Assembly: GCF_964204645.1 (NCBI RefSeq)
Contig: NC_134035.1
Coordinates: 1,364,001 to 1,428,000, forward strand
Length of the DNA stretch: 64,000 bases
Reading direction: 5' to 3'
From: Tubulanus polymorphus
Taxonomy: Eukaryota > Animalia > Nemertea
Positions 58,651 through 64,000 of this stretch are shown piece after piece (position 1 is the first letter of the stretch; each line of letters begins with the position of its first letter). Under the pieces are notes generated by a model. The model made no database searches. It saw nothing but the letters and a program-made list of their open reading frames with translations, and was not told the DNA's origin. The position numbers were made by a program, and so were the translations under genes.

Positions 58651-58938
58651 GGCGGACCGGATGGCGTAGTCGGTAGGCGACTTGCGTGTCACCGCTGTGG
58701 CCCAGGTTCGAGTCTCGGAGGAGGCGGGTCAGGATGTGGCAATGAGCTCCGGTAAGCGGACGGTGGCTACGCGCAGCACTGTCCTCCCTGGAATGAGGTT
58801 GCTAATGCGTGAGTCCTACAAAATAACTGGTGTGGGGTAAATTATGTTTAATTCAGTCGTTTCTGGCTGAATTATTTATTTATCCCACAATACCGGTCCC
58901 GGCAGCGGAGTAATTCCACCAGGGGCTTCGACTTTTTT
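58651..58938 (+). ncRNA. tRNA-derived Pol III-type unit (SINE-like head plus structured body, T-run terminator)
   Basis: A box TGGCGTAGTCGG 58662-58673, B box GGTTCGAGTC 58705-58714, Asp-like GTC loop remnant, several helices, TTTTTT at 58933-58938. Confidence 0.6.
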
Positions 58939-60081
58939 ACAATATTAGTTTGTTATTTTAAGTTGAGTGGTGAGGGTTTGGGAAACTTTTATATTTATTT
59001 AATTCCTCGAAATGAAGAAATCCAAGCGACTATTCGGTGCAAGCAGCGCGCGGTGATCAATCACAGTTCTTTCTCAACTGATGATAAAACTTTGATAATT
59101 CTTTAACGTCACCAGATTTCAGTTAAAGAAGATGTGTACGCGGCGATGTCTGGTGAACTTGTGTATAAATTCGGATTGAAAACGACTCTATCCAATAGAG
59201 AATCACTCTCTGGAGACCTGCCATACGCTCCACTACACAATAGTACCGCGTCACTGCACAAACCCTTAAGGCAGCTTCAATATCCTAAAGCAAAACTCGA
59301 AAATAGTAAAATTGAGCCGGTATTATAGTTCAAAACCAGACGTAAATAGAAGGGAAATCTACACTTAAGTTTGTTGGATAGTTTAGATAAAATTTCAGCA
59401 TATAATTTTAGGCTAAAATCGTAGCATTCGATATTTCTATCTTTAAAAATATGTGTCTCTATGAATAGTCGAATTAAACTCGATGACCTGTAGGCCCCAT
59501 TGAAAATGTTTGGCACGAATTGAATGGTTCTTGCGGATTAGCGTCACGGACTCGGGTCTGTCACAGGAATGCGCGATCGAGCCTTCTGATTGATCCATTC
59601 CGGTCGCATCGATGATGCACCGTCGCTGATTGGTTGACGTAGGTATTAGAAGCGCGGTTCGAGCCGCCCGATGCCAGTCCGAGAACTGATGTCCAGTGAT
59701 GAAGGTCAACCCATAAGAGCTCTGCAACAAGGCGTTAAGAAAGTGTGGCTTCAAGCGAACAACCTACTAATAAGCGGCTGATGATGTTAGGAGAGACTGG
59801 AACGTGAAGGAATTTGTGGTGCTGATGATAGCGGAGGAGATCCCGATACTCCTGCTGCTGTTACTGGTGTTGCTGCTGCTGTTGATGTCGGATTTCAACT
59901 ACAAACAGATGACGGCTAATTTGCTGATGAAGACGAGTTGCTGTTGTCGCTGATTTCCGATGTTCTATTTCGCGCACATTCATACATTATGAATATTGTG
60001 TCTTTTTAGGGTTAAACCGAAACCAGTTCGCTACTACTGACAACTACATGTACACACAATTCGTTTGTCGCAACGTCCTGA

Positions 60082-60084
<3 letters not shown>

Positions 60085-60176
<92 letters not shown>
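60085..60176. repeat. (CTG)n microsatellite, ~30 units
   Basis: Perfect trinucleotide run; source of the poly-Cys ORF. Confidence 0.98.
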
Positions 60177-60345
60177 GCTGCTGCTACATTGGGAACCGCA
60201 TCAACTCACATTTTGCTGTTTCGGTATCTTTACATTAAGATAAGGTAAATTATATTATATTACACCCATCCGTACATTTTGCATCTTCATTAGCTTGACG
60301 ATTATCCGATTTGTTTTTCAGCTGGCAATATTTGAGTGACGGCAA

Positions 60346-60593
60346 CATCTTCAAACCTCGAGACGCAGACTCTACCCCGACTACAGAACCATCTTCAAAC
60401 CTCGAGACGCAGACCCTACTCCCGACTACAGTACCATCTTCAAACCTCGAGACGCAGACTCCGACTACAGTACCATCCTCAAAACTCGAGACGCAGACTC
60501 TACTCCGACTACAGAACCATCTTCAAACCTCGAGACGCAGACTCTACTCCGACTTCAGAACCATCTCCAAACCTCGAGACGCAGACTCTACTC
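60346..60593. repeat. ~44-bp minisatellite, ~5.5 copies
   Basis: CATCTTCAAACCTCGAGACGCAGACTCTACTCCGACTACAGAAC variants. Confidence 0.93.
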
Positions 60594-60950
60594 GTCATTA
60601 TTTCGTTTTGCCGCATGTTATAAAAAGTAACGTAAATAAATAAACGTCCATATATAAAATGCTCTCTTTAATAAAATCTCTTTGTCTCTGGCACTTTGCC
60701 CCGGAAAGGACTCTCCCCTCTCACGACTTCCACTTGCCCCGGAAAGGACTCTCTTACTTCTCACGTTCAAGGAAAGGACAAAGTCAAAAAGGAAAGGACA
60801 AACGCAAAGTACAAATCAAAGGATTTATTCCAAATTCAAAGTAGGAATTTGTTACAGCTTGTTTGCAAAAGTAAAATTCAACATTTTATTGAAACGAACA
60901 AAATCAAAATTCAACATTTTATTTAATCAACAACCAATAAAATATTATTA

Positions 60951-61014
60951 TGGGATTTGAACCACCAACCACTGGTCTAGCAGTCCAGCACCCTACCCAC
61001 TACGCTATAGGGAC
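60951..61014 (-). pseudogene. tRNA-derived fragment (no acceptor stem)
   Basis: Minus strand GTCCCTATAGCGTAGTGGGTAGGGTG-CTGG-ACTGCTAGA-CCAG-TGGTTGGTGGTTCAAATCCCA: A/B boxes and anticodon-like arm, but 3' end does not pair with 5' end. Confidence 0.55.
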
Positions 61015-61148
61015 GTACAGGGCAGCCTGCAGGGGAACTCATATTTATCCATTGCTTAAGCAAATTTTATCAAAAAAATAATGCCATCTACCGGGCGAGA
61101 CAGGAACTAGTTCCTATCACAACCCGGTAGATGGTGGAATGAGACCAG

Positions 61149-61405
61149 AAGAGAGATGAGAGAGTGAGATGAGACAGAATGAGAGATGAGTATGAGATGA
61201 GTGATATGAGAATGAGACTATGAGAATGAGAGATGAGTATGAGAGATGAGGATGAAAGAGTGAGATGAGAGATGAGTATGAGAGATGAGTATGAGATGAG
61301 GATGAAAGAGTGAGATGAGAGATGAGAGATGAGTATGAGAGATGAGTATGAGATGAGAATGAGAGAGTGAGAGATGAGAGATGATAGAAAGAGAGAGACA
61401 GAGAG
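61149..61405. repeat. (GAGAT)n-type compound microsatellite
   Basis: Purine-rich GAGAT/GAGTAT repeats. Confidence 0.93.
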
Positions 61406-61839
61406 GGGATTGCATATCACCTGAACTTCTATGTTCCTCGTTGTTTTCTATCCGGCAGATTCTAGATGCCGTCAGTAGTTTTAGTTTTACAGTTTTTAGT
61501 TCAAACAGATATTTATCCCATCAGCAGCAAAGTCATCACATAGTTAGTCCTCGTGGACATAAAGTTCACTATAACTGAAGTCAAGTTCTCCCAATATTTG
61601 TTCGTTTGTTCCTCCCGGTGAGTTCTAAAGCTGCCAACACATATTTATCCAGTTCATCTGATGTAGTCATGATCATCAAACACAATAAGTCAATAATTCC
61701 ATCCTAATGATGACAAACATCCTAAAAGATATAAACGAAACTTAATAGATTTGAGGCAACCAATCAGTTAGGCCTATACACAGTGTAAGAGTCTAGTTAC
61801 CGGTGTATCAGAGAAATGAGTGTCAGACATCAAATATTT

Positions 61840-62460
61840 TTTGTCTCAGATTTTGATAAAATTCAGTATAGACATGTATTCTTGGGTGCTGATCACAAAT
61901 CTGAAAGAATTTGTCGGATTCGAGGCCCAGAAAATGAGAAATTCGAATTTTTGGGGGGACCCCCTAAATTTTCAAAAGGCCTTGGACCCCAGAGTTTTTG
62001 AGATATTCGAAATCTGATTTCAGATTTGGAATCAGCACCCCTAAAAATATAGAGGACTAAAATTTTAAGCAAATCGAAGAGATTCGATTTTTTGGCGAAA
62101 ATTTTTTTCTCTGATTCCTTCGAAATTTGGTAGGAATATGTATTCTGAAGTGTAGATTCCGGATCCGCAATCAGATTTTGAATCGGAATTCATCTTCATG
62201 GGCAAATAAGGGTTTTAATGGCTAAAATATGCACCCCAAAAATGGGGTGTAAAGTCAAAATTTTATTTTGGCTCAATTTTAATGAAATTTTGTGCAGACA
62301 TGTTTTTTGGGGTGCTGATTACAAATATGGGGTTAGATTTTGGATCCGAAGCTCCTAAAATGAGATATTCAGGATTTCATGTTTCGGCCCCCTTCATTTC
62401 GTCACAAATTTTGATGAAATTCGTCCGTGAAATTGATTCCAAAAATGATTTTTATTCAAT
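61840..62460. mobile_element. DNA-transposon subterminal-type repeat region
   Basis: Recurring GGGTGCTGAT.ACAAAT.TG and inverted CAGATTTGGAATCAGCACCC motifs. Confidence 0.45.
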
Positions 62461-63012
62461 GATGTCAAATATTCAATTAATTTTTAAGGTAGAAATTGAT
62501 GCTCTTACTAAAACCCTGGATTATAATTCCTGCAACACAATTACAGGCTGCTTTGAATAACCACATTGACAATTCTTATGAAATGCAGTAAAGAGTGTTT
62601 ACAGATAAACTGCTTTCACATAATTTTTTTGGAAACTTATAAAAAATTCTACTCACACACTCACTAGCCCTTGTCTAGCAGTAATGGTAGTCCACCGAGT
62701 TCCACAAATCCACATACAGAGTTCCACACCTTCTGGAGTCCACCACTGACTGTTTTTTTATGCGTATCAATCCACTTATAGTCCGGTTAGTTGACTAAAT
62801 AGTCCAGTTAGTTCACATATAGTCCGGTTAGTTCACTAGTAGTCCAGTTAGTTCACTAGTAGTCCAGAAGAAGTTGACTGAAGAAGTAAAACTGTGATAA
62901 ATTTCAGTTGAAGTCCACCACGTCCAGTATTCATGATGAAGTTTACACCACAGCCCGACAGAGGAAAACCTGAAATATTAAAATTTAAATCACATTAACA
63001 GGGAGACTGACT

Positions 63013-63207
63013 GAGAGGTGGGGGAGGATGGGGTGAGAGGTTGAGGGAGGATGGGGTGAGAGGTTGGGGGAGGATGGGGTGAGAGGTTGGGGGAAGATGG
63101 GGTGAGAGGTTGAGGGAGGATGGGGTGAGAGGTTGGGGGAGGATGAAGTGAGAGGTTGGGGTGAGGTTGAGGCAGGATGGGGTGAGAGGTTGAGGGAGGA
63201 TGGGTGA
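63013..63207 (+). repeat. G-rich 27-bp minisatellite
   Basis: GAGAGGTTG(A/G)GGGAGGATGGGGT-type tandem units with repeated G3-G5 tracts. Confidence 0.9.
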
Positions 63208-64000
63208 AAAGTGAAACAAAACAGCACAATTACTCTGACATAGTAAAGGCTTAAGCAAAAGTTTTCAGCAGTTTTCAGTCACACTGGATTAATAGATTCT
63301 CGTTTTACACAAGAGCCCAGCCTGTGGCAGTGGGAGACAATGTTGTAACTAACTGGTCTAGTCAGCTGGTGTTAACTTGCTGAACAAGATGTGATGCTGG
63401 AGGAAGTTGAAGAACAGTTCATCAAGATTTGTGAAACTATCACCTGCACCATGTGCAATGCAAGCGGCTAGGGTAGTGCGGCCGTGTAGGCTAGAAAGTG
63501 GTTTTTGACACCGAGTGAGGTCCCTGTTAGTCTAAAGTTCTAGTTCCCTAAACAACCCGGAACCCGTAGTAACAACGACTGACTGATTAAGACAAAATTT
63601 GACGTAGGTCCCGGCCTCACTGACTGTCGAGTGTCGTGAACTTGAAGACGTGTCTGCGAAGTCACTGGAGTGAGGTCCCCCTAAACTGTGTGTGTACCTG
63701 AGGACTGAAAATGAAATATCATGTATGAATTTTTATCTTTTTTACCAATATCAAAATTCGTACATTTAAAATCATCGTGGCTTTAAAGTCTTTATCAATT
63801 GAGGAAATAGTTCACTGTAAATAAAGAATTAGCGATTGAATTGAGCCCGCTCCACAGTAAAAATAGCGCGATCCATTCAATCTCGACCGTCTAGTGCTGC
63901 CCCTATGTATAACGATAGCGTGGAAACCGTGAACTAACATAATACTCGCTTACCAGAGTCTTCGAACGGCAGGAGCGGACGAACTAATTACCGATTTGCG

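Larger units (their letters stand above)
57039..62946. mobile_element. 5.9-kb segment bracketed by ~300-bp inverted repeats (putative non-autonomous long-TIR DNA transposon)
   Basis: 57039-57346 is the reverse complement of 62644-62946 with internal ~20-bp GGACTA..GAACTAAC subrepeats; no transposase ORF or clear TSD seen. Confidence 0.55.

Noticed and set aside
58740-58930. HDV-like, twister or RNase MRP identity for the structured RNA
   Set aside because: Partial motifs (GCTAATG, CCGGTCCC, GGGGCTT) are present but I could not build P1/P3 of HDV, the twister L4 consensus or the MRP CR-I
60048-60248. Poly-cysteine ORF
   Set aside because: Translation of a (CTG)n microsatellite
60951-61014. 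Functional tRNA-Ser(GCT)
   Set aside because: No acceptor stem and no long variable arm
60647-61796. Helitron (TCCATATATAAAA start, CTAG end)
   Set aside because: 5' flank is not A and no convincing GC-rich 3' hairpin

Overview
Eukaryotic (invertebrate-animal-like, AT-rich, intron-containing) genomic DNA. Five protein-coding genes can be rebuilt exon by exon from GT-AG boundaries and family motifs: the 5' end of GNPTAB (-, exons 1-2), PPP1R2/inhibitor-2 (-, 4 exons, 198 aa), an intronless neutral sphingomyelinase SMPD2 (+, 399 aa) head-to-head with PPP1R2, CPSF3/CPSF73 (+, 15 exons, 690 aa) and a choline/ethanolamine kinase (+, 9 exon positions, 468/470 aa). Introns and intergenic DNA are dense in MITEs (Harbinger-like with CWG targets, piggyBac-like with TTAA), fold-backs, Penelope-type hammerhead palindromes, LINE remnants and minisatellites. 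Best candidates for something new: (1) a duplicated, mutually exclusive exon pair (7a/7b) encoding the substrate-pocket half of the choline-kinase motif, flanked by GC-rich intronic elements that could form competing long-range pairings; (2) a ~780-nt RTE-LINE-derived fold-back at 19.3-20.1 kb whose arm differences are strongly biased to G-U wobbles, as expected of a selected hairpin-RNA/endo-siRNA precursor; (3) a tRNA-headed, multi-helix Pol III-type unit at 58.65-58.94 kb. All alignments and counts were done by eye; no database search or folding program was run.
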